The notes below the pieces were generated by a model that ran no database searches, was not told the DNA's origin, and saw only the letters and a program-made list of their open reading frames with translations. Of a DNA stretch of 38,010 bases, positions 25,180-34,480 are shown piece after piece. Source of the stretch: Minisyncoccota bacterium (lineage in GTDB: Bacteria > Patescibacteriota > Minisyncoccia > Phycocordibacterales > UBA9973); NCBI GenBank assembly GCA_028718635.1, contig JAQULK010000002.1, positions 1 through 38,010 of the forward strand, read 5' to 3'. A program made the position numbers and the translations under genes. Position 1 is the stretch's first letter; every line of letters begins with the position of its first letter.

Positions 25180-26082
25180 CTATTTGTTTTTCTGCCACTC
25201 TCCCACTAATACAAGTAAAGGTGAAGCTAAGAAAATTGAAGAATAAGTTCCGAAAAACATTCCTGCTGTAAGCATCAAAGCAAAATACTTTGTAGACACA
25301 GGACCAAAGAAGAATAATGCGAGAAGTACAAGAATAACTGTTCCTGAAGTACAAATAGATCGAATGTATGATTGTTCTAAACTTTTACCCACCACTTCAC
25401 TGAAATTTACTTTGTCTATTGAATTTTGATTTCTCAAATTCTCCCTGATTCGATCAAAAATAACTATAGTATCAGAAACAGAAAGACCGAGAATAGTAAG
25501 AATTGCCACCACAAAAAGAGTATCCACCTCTGCTCCAAAATAATGGGAAAGAATGACAAATAATCCAATAGGAATAACTACGTCATGTAAAAGTGTAACT
25601 ATGGCAATGATTCCATATTTCCAAGAAGAAATCGGTTTAGAAACTTTTCTAAAAGCAAAAGCGATAAAGCAAATGATGGCAAATGAAATTAAGACAATCG
25701 CCAAAATAGCCTTTCTGGTAAGCTCAGCTCCTACAGAAGGTCCGATAGAATTGAAACTCATTTCAGTGAGAACATCTTTTCCTCCTTGTGAAAGAGCCGT
25801 CAAAAGCTGTGCGTGTTCAGAATCATTTAAATCACGGGTCTTTACGATATAGCCAAGATCCCCTACTGGCTGGAGAAGGATAGAACCGAAACCAAGAGCG
25901 GAAAGACTTTTCTCTAAAGCAGATTGTTCTGGGCGCTCTATTTTATATGAAACTTCTGTGAGCGCGCCGCCTTTGAAATCGATACCTATTTTTAATCCAA
26001 AAATAAATAAAGAAATAAGAGAAAGAACGACCAAGACGGCTGATATGCTGATAAATATTTTTTTGTGGTTTATTATAAACAT
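25180..26082 (-). CDS. secF: Protein translocase subunit SecF
   Basis: 300 aa. GIDFKGG, then 5 C-terminal TM helices with DTIVIFDRIREN. Downstream of secD. Confidence 0.9.
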   Translation of the reverse strand: MFIINHKKIFISISAVLVVLSLISLFIFGLKIGIDFKGGALTEVSYKIERPEQSALEKSLSALGFGSILLQPVGDLGYIVKTRDLNDSEHAQLLTALSQGGKDVLTEMSFNSIGPSVGAELTRKAILAIVLISFAIICFIAFAFRKVSKPISSWKYGIIAIVTLLHDVVIPIGLFVILSHYFGAEVDTLFVVAILTILGLSVSDTIVIFDRIRENLRNQNSIDKVNFSEVVGKSLEQSYIRSICTSGTVILVLLALFFFGPVSTKYFALMLTAGMFFGTYSSIFLASPLLVLVGEWQKNK

Positions 26083-26088
26083 AATTTT

Positions 26089-27477
26089 TTATTTATTCTC
26101 ACTTTTTTGACCATTTGAAAATCCGCTTGAAAATAAAAATCTGGCGACTTTCCCTTCCCCGATAAAACTAACCGTTGAAAGAAAGATTCTAGTAATGACA
26201 ATCGCGCTGAACATCGACACAATTATTCCCATGCCAAGCGTCAAGGCAAAACCTTGTATCAAAGATGTACCGAACCAGAAAAGAATTACAGCTGTGATGA
26301 AGCTTGAAATATTTGAATCTCGAATAGAAAACCAAGCTCTCGAAAAACCGATGGCAATCGAATCGGCAATACTTTTACCAGAACGCAATTCTTCTTTTAC
26401 ACGTTCAAAAATAAGCACATTGGCATCTACCGCTATCCCCATGGAAATTATAAATCCAGCGATGCCAGCTGCTGTTAAGGTGACAGGCATCAATTTGAAA
26501 AGAGCAAGTATTATAACAATAAAAATACAAAGAGAAATAGTAGCAATTAAGCCAGGTAAGCGATATAAGAGAATAAGGAATAAAGCTACTAAAAAAAATC
26601 CAATAATCGCAGCCTTTACTCCAGCATTTATTGCACTACCTCCTAAGGTGGCGCCGATAGTTTGAGTAGAAAGGAGAGTTATCGGCACAGGCAGAGCTCC
26701 CGAATTGAGCCGGCCAACAAGCAATTTTGCTTCAGTCGGAGTAAAACTTCCAGAAATAACAGCCTGGCCGTTTGGAATTTCTTCTCGAACAACTGGCGTA
26801 GAAATAGGCGCGCCATCCAAATAAATTGCTACCATTTTCCCGATATTGTCTTTTGTAATTTGAGCAAAAAGTTTTGTCCCTGTATCATCAAACTGTAGAC
26901 TTATTTTAGGTTCACGAGTATTTGTGTCAAATTCTAGGATCGCTTTTTTCAAATATCTTCCAGTAAGATCGGTAGAAATAAATTGAGAATTTATATCGAG
27001 AGTGACCTTGCCATCTTTGCCAACGGTAGCAGTTTGCGGGGTACCTTTTGGAGCTTCTATTTTAAATTCAAGAAGCGGAGTCTGTCCGATCATATCTATG
27101 GCTTGTTTAACATCTGTCACCCCCGGAAGGTCCACTATCAACTGTTCCCCTGTTGCTCCAGAGACAAATCCTCCGTGTTGCACCTGCACTACTGGCTCGG
27201 AAACTCCAAAAAGATTTATGCGCCGTTCAATCACATCACGGAGCGCATTCATTGAGTCCCCTACCTGACTTACTGGAACTAAAGAAGTATCGGCTTTATA
27301 TATCAGGTGACTTCCTCCTGAAAGATCAAGCCCGAGTTTGAAAGAAAATTTTGCCAGACCAGTAGCTTTGGTGCCTATAGGTAATCTCCTATAGTTAGCT
27401 TCTGACTTATAAACAAAAAAGCCAATCCCGGCACCTAAAATAAGAATTATTAAAGTTAAAACAATCTTTTTCCACAT
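26089..27477 (-). CDS. secD: Protein translocase subunit SecD
   Basis: 462 aa. LGLDLSGGSHLIY, a large periplasmic domain, and a C-terminal TM bundle with DANVLIFERVKEE. Confidence 0.9.
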   Translation of the reverse strand: MWKKIVLTLIILILGAGIGFFVYKSEANYRRLPIGTKATGLAKFSFKLGLDLSGGSHLIYKADTSLVPVSQVGDSMNALRDVIERRINLFGVSEPVVQVQHGGFVSGATGEQLIVDLPGVTDVKQAIDMIGQTPLLEFKIEAPKGTPQTATVGKDGKVTLDINSQFISTDLTGRYLKKAILEFDTNTREPKISLQFDDTGTKLFAQITKDNIGKMVAIYLDGAPISTPVVREEIPNGQAVISGSFTPTEAKLLVGRLNSGALPVPITLLSTQTIGATLGGSAINAGVKAAIIGFFLVALFLILLYRLPGLIATISLCIFIVIILALFKLMPVTLTAAGIAGFIISMGIAVDANVLIFERVKEELRSGKSIADSIAIGFSRAWFSIRDSNISSFITAVILFWFGTSLIQGFALTLGMGIIVSMFSAIVITRIFLSTVSFIGEGKVARFLFSSGFSNGQKSENK

Positions 27478-27522
27478 AATGAATATAAAGCCATATTACA
27501 CACTTTCTATAAAATATGCAAA

Positions 27523-28101
27523 TTATTTTTTCTTCTTTAGAAATTCACAAATAATTGGTATTAAAGACAAAACTATTATAAATAGGATTATCGGTAAAAT
27601 ATATTGATTAATATTGTTAACAGAATTTCCAAGAAAATATCCACTGAAAATCATTGAGGATATCCATAAAAAAGCACCGAATATATTGTAAAAAATAAAA
27701 CTATTGTATTTCATATTTCCCGCACCAGCCATGATTGGAGCGAAAGTTCTAACAATGGGCACGAAGCGAGCAAACACAATCGTCCTCTTTCCATATTTAT
27801 CGTAAAATTTTGCAGTTTTATCTAAATTATTTTTATTAAAAAAGAATGAATTCCGTTTAGAAAAAATTCTCGGTCCCATTTTTTTACCCGTCCAGTATCC
27901 TACACTATCACCTAAAATTGCGAACAAAACTGATCCAAAAAATAAATAAAAAATATTAAAATAACCCGCTGAAGCTAAAACCCCTGCACTAAACAAGAGA
28001 GATCCTCCGGGAAAAAAGAAACAAAAGAAAAGTCCCGACTCGGCAAACACGACAAAAAAAATCCCAAGCAACCCTAGGTTTTCTATAAAAGATAAAATCA
28101 T
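27523..28101 (-). CDS. DedA-family (VTT domain) membrane protein
   Basis: GDSVGYWTGKKMG ... YGKRTIVFARFVPIVRTFAPIMAGAGNM is the DedA signature. Confidence 0.85.
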   Translation of the reverse strand: MILSFIENLGLLGIFFVVFAESGLFFCFFFPGGSLLFSAGVLASAGYFNIFYLFFGSVLFAILGDSVGYWTGKKMGPRIFSKRNSFFFNKNNLDKTAKFYDKYGKRTIVFARFVPIVRTFAPIMAGAGNMKYNSFIFYNIFGAFLWISSMIFSGYFLGNSVNNINQYILPIILFIIVLSLIPIICEFLKKKK

Positions 28102-28649
28102 TTAGTTTTAAAGAAAAAATTAGTAACGCGATTAGCTAGGTAAGCAATAATGAAACCTTCTATAAAACCACCTAAAATATCTATTGGGAAATGCACTCCG
28201 GAAATAACACGAGAAACCCCGATAAGCAATGCGAAAAGCATGAAAATATAGCTGATTTTTTTATTGATATAAAATAATGCAAAGGCCAAAGCCGAGGCTA
28301 CAGCTGAGTGTCCAGAAGGAAAAGCAAAACCAGTCTCTCCGAAAAGCGGACGCACTTGTGAGAAAACCACGAATGGCCGAAGCGTATGAAATAAAATTTT
28401 TGCAATAAATTTATTGAAAAACCACGCGACGACTACTGACAAGCCGACTGGAACAAAATCCTTCCATTTGTTTATTAATTCTCTAACAGGGTTTTGAGAC
28501 GGGAGAACCTTGTAATAAAAAAGTAAAAAAATTCCTGCTAATATTATTGCTATATAAATAAAATAAACAGCAAAAAAAATAACAATGCCATCAAAAATTT
28601 TAGATTGATGCGCTAGATTATAAAAAAAGAAAAAGATTGCGTTGTTCAT
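28098..28649 (-). CDS. PAP2-family phosphatase (undecaprenyl-diphosphatase/BcrC-like)
   Basis: PAP2 motifs KxxxxxxRP (LFHTLRP), PSGHS and SRVISGVHFPIDILGG. It overlaps the dedA-like gene by 4 nt. Confidence 0.85.
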   Translation of the reverse strand: MNNAIFFFFYNLAHQSKIFDGIVIFFAVYFIYIAIILAGIFLLFYYKVLPSQNPVRELINKWKDFVPVGLSVVVAWFFNKFIAKILFHTLRPFVVFSQVRPLFGETGFAFPSGHSAVASALAFALFYINKKISYIFMLFALLIGVSRVISGVHFPIDILGGFIEGFIIAYLANRVTNFFFKTK

Positions 28650-28690
28650 TTATATAGGATTATAATATTTTTTAAAAAAGATACCTAATT

Positions 28691-28715
28691 TATCATTTAC
28701 GCTATAGCTGATATT
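28691..28715. promoter_or_regulatory. Palindrome-like site TATCATTTACGCTATAGCTGATATT (variant family, site 1 of 2)
   Basis: Read directly. It abuts the stop of 28715..29083 and lies 42 nt upstream of the PAP2 gene start. Confidence 0.75.
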
Positions 28716-29083
28716 CATTTATTATAAGGTTTGGCTAGTTTAAAAGTTTTAAAATTATTTCTTATTTTTATTTCCTTAAGATATTTTAGAAAATCCTTTG
28801 GTAATGGTGATGGACCAACCCAGACACTTTTTTGTATCATAATGTATTCAAATTTCACTAATTGTCGACGGAACCAATCTCTTTCTTTTTTTCTTTCCTC
28901 TGGAATATCATAAATTAGAAGTAAATTTTTAGGTGCATCTTTTTCAAAAGAAGACAAAAAAGAAACATGGTATAGACTTCTGATCCTCTTGCGGGATTTT
29001 TTATTTTGTTCTTTTTTAGTAAGAGAAAAAATAGGTAGTCCGAAAGCATTTACCCGCATTCCTTTATAATATCTGCTAGTCAT
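28715..29083 (-). CDS. Small Cas2-fold / PaaX-C-like protein (paralog 2)
   Basis: LLLIYDIPEERKKERDWFRRQLVKFEYIMIQKSVWVGPSPLPKDFLKYLK. Paralog of 22300..22668, same length (122 aa). Ends with a TGA stop. Confidence 0.6.
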   Translation of the reverse strand: MTSRYYKGMRVNAFGLPIFSLTKKEQNKKSRKRIRSLYHVSFLSSFEKDAPKNLLLIYDIPEERKKERDWFRRQLVKFEYIMIQKSVWVGPSPLPKDFLKYLKEIKIRNNFKTFKLAKPYNK

Positions 29084-29103
29084 ATTTTATATTATACGTT
29101 ATT

Positions 29104-29129
29104 TATCAATATGCGCTATAGCTGATATT
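29104..29129. promoter_or_regulatory. Palindrome-like site TATCAATATGCGCTATAGCTGATATT (variant family, site 2 of 2)
   Basis: Read directly. It lies 21 nt upstream of the start of 28715..29083. Confidence 0.75.
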
Positions 29130-29147
29130 AGATTAGATATTTGTAAA

Positions 29148-29738
29148 CTACGATTCTATCACAACATACTCCCCTTCTTTTAATGCATGAATAGGTAAAT
29201 TTTCTTTGTAATTTTTTAATTCTTCCAATGCTTTATCCCAATCAATAGGACCACGAGGATCATCACTGCCATAAGAAGATTTATAATGAGGAAGAAATTT
29301 GATCGGTAAAATTGAAAGCCCGTCCATACACCGACGCCAATCACAGGTCCAAAAATATTTAGAAATGGCATCTGAGCCTGCTGAGCTAGTAGCTATAACT
29401 TTCCCTTCCCAAATTTTTGGAATATCAAATTGTCTTAACCAATACTGCAAAAGATGATCGTCCCCACCATGAATATAAACAACGGCTGAATTTTTAATTT
29501 GTTCTTCAAAATTTTCAGGAAAAGCTAATTCAAAAATGGGCGTCGCTTCCTCTGGAAACATTTTGCATTTCTCTTTAAATTCAGAAAATTTTATTTCCCA
29601 GTCTTCGCGTGGTTGAGCAAAAAAACACATAAGTAAACGCGGGTTATTTCCTAAATTTTTTACTATCTCAGCAAAAAATTTCTTTGCTAAATCTGGATAA
29701 TTTTTTGAACCACCTGAATTCAAAATATATTTAGTCAT
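29148..29738 (-). CDS. Peptidase S51 / type 1 glutamine amidotransferase-like protein
   Basis: VVYIHGGDDHLL...GKVIATSSAGSDAI resembles the dipeptidase E family (GGNT..L ... G.SAG). Confidence 0.55.
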   Translation of the reverse strand: MTKYILNSGGSKNYPDLAKKFFAEIVKNLGNNPRLLMCFFAQPREDWEIKFSEFKEKCKMFPEEATPIFELAFPENFEEQIKNSAVVYIHGGDDHLLQYWLRQFDIPKIWEGKVIATSSAGSDAISKYFWTCDWRRCMDGLSILPIKFLPHYKSSYGSDDPRGPIDWDKALEELKNYKENLPIHALKEGEYVVIES

Positions 29739-30597
29739 TTTTAAAGCTTTTTGCTACCGTTAATACATTATTTAAAAGCATTGCCACAGTTACCGGGCCG
29801 ACGCCTCCGGGAACAGGCGAAACATAACCGGCAACATCTTTCACGGATTCAAAATCAACATCACCGACAATATTTTTTCGGGTTCCGAGTAGGCCTACGT
29901 CTTCAGAAGTTCCTGCATCTATTAAAATTGCTCCTTGCTTTATCATACCACCAGTAATATATTTTCCTTTACCAATTCCTAAAATTATGACATCCGCTTG
30001 CTTGATAAGCTCTTCTTTGTTTTCAGTTTTGCTTCGAATGATAATCGGATCTAAACCTCGAAATTTGAGCAAGGCTGTGACTGGCTTCCCTACTAATAAT
30101 CCTTGACCTAAAACTACTATCTTTTTACCTTTTAAATCTAAATTAAGTGAATCAAGGAGCGCCATGCAAGCTAGCGCCGTCGGGAAACCTACAGCGGTTT
30201 CACCGCTGTAAAATTTTTCACTCGCGACAGTCCCCAAACAATCGACATCAAGTTTTGGATCAATGCCATTGAGCGCTGTTTGTTTATCAATGTGTTCCGG
30301 CAACGGAAGCTGAATAATAATTCCGCGCATATTTTGAACCTTATTTAAAATTTCTATTTCTTTTATTAATTCAGAAGTAGTTATAGACGCAGGAAAATTT
30401 GCTTTATGAAAACTTATGCCTACAGACTCCGCCATGCGTCCTTTCATTTGCACGTATTGGAGAGATGCAGGATCTTCGCCCACCAACACATCGCAAAAGA
30501 CCGGCTTAAAAGATAGCTCCTTTACTTCCGTTTTCACTTTCTCTAAAATCTCATTCCTTATTTTTTTTCCATCAATTATAGTCATAATTTTATTCAT
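29731..30597 (-). CDS. folD: Bifunctional methylene-THF dehydrogenase/cyclohydrolase FolD
   Basis: IIDGKKI..., VGEDPASLQYVQMK, VVLGQGLLVGKPV, PVPGGVGPVTVAMLL. I place the start at MNKIMTIIDG (30597). The track's longer N-terminus is encoded by a repeat element. Confidence 0.9.
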   Translation of the reverse strand: MNKIMTIIDGKKIRNEILEKVKTEVKELSFKPVFCDVLVGEDPASLQYVQMKGRMAESVGISFHKANFPASITTSELIKEIEILNKVQNMRGIIIQLPLPEHIDKQTALNGIDPKLDVDCLGTVASEKFYSGETAVGFPTALACMALLDSLNLDLKGKKIVVLGQGLLVGKPVTALLKFRGLDPIIIRSKTENKEELIKQADVIILGIGKGKYITGGMIKQGAILIDAGTSEDVGLLGTRKNIVGDVDFESVKDVAGYVSPVPGGVGPVTVAMLLNNVLTVAKSFKND

Positions 30598-30612
30598 AAA
30601 ATTTTCCCGTAA

Positions 30613-30654
30613 ATCTCCCCCTGCCAAAGGGGAGTGCCCGAAGGGAGAGGGGGT
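30613..30654. repeat. GC-rich hairpin element (copy B, a divergent member of the GGAGAGGG family) between the SEDS gene and folD
   Basis: CTCCCC-ctgccaaa-GGGGAG, then TGCCCGAAGGGAGAGGGGGT. About 64% GC in an AT-rich spacer. Confidence 0.55.
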
Positions 30655-30661
30655 CTATCCC

Positions 30662-31792
30662 TCATATTCCCAAAAATTCATTTTTCATATCATCGCGATG
30701 CGCTGGTCTACTATATCTGCGCAAACCCATCAAAATACCCAATCCTGCAAATTCGGTTAATAAATGTGAACCGCCATAACTCATAAATGAAAGAGGAATA
30801 CCGGTTACTGGCAACAACCCAAGATTCATACCAATATTTATAAGTATATGGCTCATAAAATAAATAGCAATTCCCATACCAAAAAGTATTTCAAAATTAG
30901 AAGCACCCAAGGAAGCAGAAAGAAGAATCCTCCAGATTACTAAACAGTAAAACAAAAGAATTAAAGAGCAGCCAACAAATCCCCACTCCTCGGCAAAAGC
31001 GGCAAAAATAAAATCGGATTGCGGAACAGGCAAAAATTTTAATCTTGACTGTGTCCCAAAACCTAAACCCTTTCCCAAGATTTGTCCTGAACCTACAGCG
31101 ATAGTTGACTGAAATACATTATATCCTGTTTTGTGAATATCGGCTAAAGGATTTATAAAACTATAAATACGAGCTTTTTGATAGGGTTTAAAAGCGACAA
31201 ACCATAAGGAAGCAAAAATCAGCACTCCGACAGCAAACACAGCAAATAAGTGAACCTTGGAAATTCCGGAAACAAGCACCATGCCCAGCCAGATAAAAAA
31301 TATAATCATGGCCGAACCAAAATCGGGTTGAAACAAAACCAAAACCAAAGGAAAAAATGCATAAAGCCCAGAAATGAAAATATGTTTTATGTCTCTGATC
31401 TCCACATGGCGACGAGAAAAATATTTTGCTAAAACCAAGACTAAAACTAGTTTCATCACATCAACCGGCTGGAAAAAGAAGAGACCGAAATTAAACCAAC
31501 TTTTCGCGCCGTTCGAAATGTTTCCTAAAAATATAAGTATCAATAAAAGAAAGGATATAAATAAAAATAAAAACACCAATACATTTGTGCGCTTTAGAAA
31601 ACGAAAATCAATGAAAGAAAAAATAAAGAAGATCGCAAAAGAAAGAAGAACCCAAATAATCTGCTTGCTAAAAAAATCGCCTCCGCTTTCAAGAGGAGCA
31701 AAGGACTTCATCGTTACCAGGCCTGCTGCGACTATCGGAACAATAAAAACAACCAGAAGCCAGTCTATTCTTTTAAAAACTTTTTCTGCCAT
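30662..31792 (-). CDS. SEDS-family peptidoglycan glycosyltransferase (RodA/FtsW)
   Basis: 376 aa, about 10 TM helices. QPDFGSAMI, QSDFIFAAFAEEWGF and PLSFMSYGGSHLL are SEDS signatures. Confidence 0.9.
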   Translation of the reverse strand: MAEKVFKRIDWLLVVFIVPIVAAGLVTMKSFAPLESGGDFFSKQIIWVLLSFAIFFIFSFIDFRFLKRTNVLVFLFLFISFLLLILIFLGNISNGAKSWFNFGLFFFQPVDVMKLVLVLVLAKYFSRRHVEIRDIKHIFISGLYAFFPLVLVLFQPDFGSAMIIFFIWLGMVLVSGISKVHLFAVFAVGVLIFASLWFVAFKPYQKARIYSFINPLADIHKTGYNVFQSTIAVGSGQILGKGLGFGTQSRLKFLPVPQSDFIFAAFAEEWGFVGCSLILLFYCLVIWRILLSASLGASNFEILFGMGIAIYFMSHILINIGMNLGLLPVTGIPLSFMSYGGSHLLTEFAGLGILMGLRRYSRPAHRDDMKNEFLGI

Positions 31793-31796
31793 AGTG

Positions 31797-32636
31797 TTAC
31801 TGCAATTTTACTGAGAAAATATTAAACATTGGAATTATTTCTTTAGCTACCACCTTCCCGGATAATAGTTCTGGCCAAGTAAAATTAATATCAGAAACTT
31901 GAAGTGGATTAAATTGATCTAAATAAGTGCGACTAGCTGAAATGGCATTGCCACTTGCATCATAAAGAATTGTAATCACATTCATATCAGGAATAGTAAA
32001 AAGTGAATTATTTTTTATAGTAGCAGAAAGCTTGGGTGAGGTCGTTTCATCCACAAGTTGTATATTTGAAATTAAAATTTTTAATTGATCAATCTTCTCC
32101 TCCGACACTTGAAGCCACATGGGTATCTGTGTAAATTCAAAAGTGACATAAACAGGAATAGAATTCCCGATGTCTATTCCCGGTTCAAAAATAGCGAAGT
32201 TGCTTCCTGGAGGGATAAAAGTACTTCCCTCTCTCTTCCCGATATAAACATTATTCGTATTAGCAAAACGAAATCTATAATTTATTTTTTCAACTCCGGC
32301 GTTTTTATTGTGATTTGTGAGGTAAGCCACAGCATTATAACGTCCAGGCACGACTTCAAAAGCGCGAGCCCAGAGAATAGAAACGGCATCCGCCTGATCG
32401 GAGCAAAATTTTAAACAAGACCCTCCGCAATCTATCCCCGTTTCGTCTCCATTTTGTTTACCATCAAAACAGGTCGGCGCCTTATTGAAACTCGGATAAA
32501 TTAATAAAAATCCAAATATAGAAAAAAATAAAATTAAAACAACTACGTAAAAAATTTGCCGTTTCAAGCTCCAAGTAATCAATGCCATATAAAGACATAA
32601 TAGCATGTAAGTCCAAAAAGAGAAAAGCTCAGCCAT
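31797..32636 (-). CDS. Hypothetical membrane-anchored extracytoplasmic protein
   Basis: 279 aa. N-terminal TM helices, then a Cys-knot-like CFDGKQNGDETGIDCGGSCLKFC and a beta-rich region. It lies 4 nt upstream of the SEDS gene. Confidence 0.6.
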   Translation of the reverse strand: MAELFSFWTYMLLCLYMALITWSLKRQIFYVVVLILFFSIFGFLLIYPSFNKAPTCFDGKQNGDETGIDCGGSCLKFCSDQADAVSILWARAFEVVPGRYNAVAYLTNHNKNAGVEKINYRFRFANTNNVYIGKREGSTFIPPGSNFAIFEPGIDIGNSIPVYVTFEFTQIPMWLQVSEEKIDQLKILISNIQLVDETTSPKLSATIKNNSLFTIPDMNVITILYDASGNAISASRTYLDQFNPLQVSDINFTWPELLSGKVVAKEIIPMFNIFSVKLQ

Positions 32637-32678
32637 ACATTCACAAAGTGAACAACAACTGAGCTTAAAAAGAGGGGA

Positions 32679-32801
32679 TTAGAAAGAAAAAACAAAACAC
32701 ATAATCCCCCAAGAAACAATTATAACTGCGGCTGCCGGCAGGGCAACCGCCCACACCCATGTCCCTAAGGACATGGGATAAGGCACAAAAAGTCCTTTCA
32801 T
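32679..32801 (-). CDS. Putative 40-aa hydrophobic small protein (below the ORF-track cutoff)
   Basis: GAAAGGAGG Shine-Dalgarno 4 nt before the ATG. Product MKGLFVPYPMSLGTWVWAVALPAAAVIIVSWGIMCFVFSF. Followed by the hairpin GGGGATTA...TAATCCCC plus TCTTTTT. Confidence 0.4.
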   Translation of the reverse strand: MKGLFVPYPMSLGTWVWAVALPAAAVIIVSWGIMCFVFSF

Positions 32802-32870
32802 AGAACCTCCTTTCTAACTAAGATTATATCACACAAAATATAAAAATGTCAAGCGAATGTATTGGCTACC

Positions 32871-33957
32871 CACATATTGCACCCCTACCCATAATAGGGA
32901 CATATGAAACAATTCAACATAAGCAAAGGAGTAGTCGGTTTTAGAACAGCCACAGAGAATATCGTTCGGTCGAGAATACCAGAAAAGGATAGAGAGAAGG
33001 TATTGCAAAGATTAAAGGTCTTAGATCATGCTCAGAAGTTTGGAATCAAATCAGCCATTGACGCCTACGGTGTCTGTGAACGCACCATTAAGTACTGGAG
33101 AAAGAAATTAAGAGAATCGCACAATGTATTTGCAGAGTTAGCACCAAAGACAACTAGACCCTTTCATACCAGAAAAGAAAAAACTCCTCAAAAAGTGAAA
33201 GAATATATTCGTGATTTGAAGAAGTCTAAACCAAGACTAGGAAAAGAAAAAATCGTAGAATTAGTGCGAGTGGATACTGGATATGTTCTTTCACCCACAA
33301 CCGTTTGGAATATCATTCAATATTGGAAAAGAAGAGGAGAAATTCCAGATCGAGTTAGATACACATTAAATGGAGCCACCGGTAGACTCATTGAAAGAAA
33401 ATGGAAAAAGAGCAAGAAGAAACTACGTAGAAAAGAATATATGCCAGAGAATCCAGGAGATCTGATTCAAATCGATACAATTGTTGTATGGATTCTAGGA
33501 AAGAAATATTACATCCTCACTGCCATTGATATTCTCACTCGTTTAGCCTACGCTTTTGTTTCCAATTCTCACAGCTCAAGTATGGCTCGAGATTTTCTGA
33601 AAGCATTACCAAATATTTTTGGATATGCAGTTAAAAAAGTGCAAACAGACAATGGCACTGAATTTGCCAAACATTTTGATGAAGCTTGCATCTATCTGAG
33701 CATTGATCATTTTTGGAATTACCCCAGACATCCGAAACAAAATGCTTTCATTGAAAGATTTAATCGCACGATCCAAGAAGAATGGGTTACGACCAGACAA
33801 TCGCTTTTCATTAATGGAGAGTTGGATAGATTAAATGAAGATCTTGTTGCTTGGCTTACTTGGTACAATACCGTCAGACCACATTGGGGACTTCACTTAG
33901 AAACTCCAAGAGGCTATACTGAACGCATTACTAAAAAAGACTAGGGTGCAAAATGTG
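32871..33957 (+). mobile_element. Insertion sequence with rve-type DDE transposase (IS481/IS3-like)
   Basis: Terminal inverted repeats CACATATTGCACCC (32871-32884) and GGGTGCAAAATGTG (33944-33957) flank a single transposase ORF. About 1.09 kb. Confidence 0.7.
32904..33944 (+). CDS. DDE transposase / integrase core domain (IS481-like)
   Basis: N-terminal HTH region, then IQIDT (D), VQTDNGTEF (D), HPKQNAFIERFNRTIQEEW (E): the retroviral-integrase-type rve domain. 346 aa. Confidence 0.85.
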   Translation: MKQFNISKGVVGFRTATENIVRSRIPEKDREKVLQRLKVLDHAQKFGIKSAIDAYGVCERTIKYWRKKLRESHNVFAELAPKTTRPFHTRKEKTPQKVKEYIRDLKKSKPRLGKEKIVELVRVDTGYVLSPTTVWNIIQYWKRRGEIPDRVRYTLNGATGRLIERKWKKSKKKLRRKEYMPENPGDLIQIDTIVVWILGKKYYILTAIDILTRLAYAFVSNSHSSSMARDFLKALPNIFGYAVKKVQTDNGTEFAKHFDEACIYLSIDHFWNYPRHPKQNAFIERFNRTIQEEWVTTRQSLFINGELDRLNEDLVAWLTWYNTVRPHWGLHLETPRGYTERITKKD

Positions 33958-34037
33958 TTCTGACTAATACAGCGAAATCTTGACAACGACAAAAATAACC
34001 ATATAAATATAGCTTTTTGATTAGAATCAAGTACTCG

Positions 34038-34147
<110 letters not shown>

Positions 34148-34480
34148 TGAAAACTCGATCGAATAATTTTTTTTGTGATTTCCAAATTTCTTAACAGGAA
34201 TCGAAACATTAGTACTTCTCAGCTCAACGTATTGCTACGCTTACACTTAAAGCCTATCAACGTGATCATCTCTCACGGTTCTTAACGATTCCTAATCTTG
34301 AAGCTGGCTTCCCTCTTAGATGCTTTCAGAGGTTATCCATTCCCGACATAGCTACCGAGCAGTGCCCTTGGCAGGACAGCTCGCACACCAGAGGTCAGTT
34401 CACATCGGTCCTCTCGTACTAGATGCAAATCTTCTCAAGAATCAACGAGTGCAGTAGATAGGAGACCAACCTGTCTCACG

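Noticed and set aside
26195-26665. 156-aa plus-strand ORF, and similar antisense ORFs inside pyrG, secD, the hyf-like genes and the SEDS gene
   Set aside because: They are embedded antisense in genes with strong family signatures. These are typical shadow ORFs of AT-rich coding sequence.
22281-29129. The repeated palindromes plus Cas2-like proteins as a CRISPR-Cas locus
   Set aside because: There is no array of regularly spaced direct repeats with spacers. Only single palindromic sites flank the genes, no cas1 or effector genes are present, and the repeats differ between the two loci.
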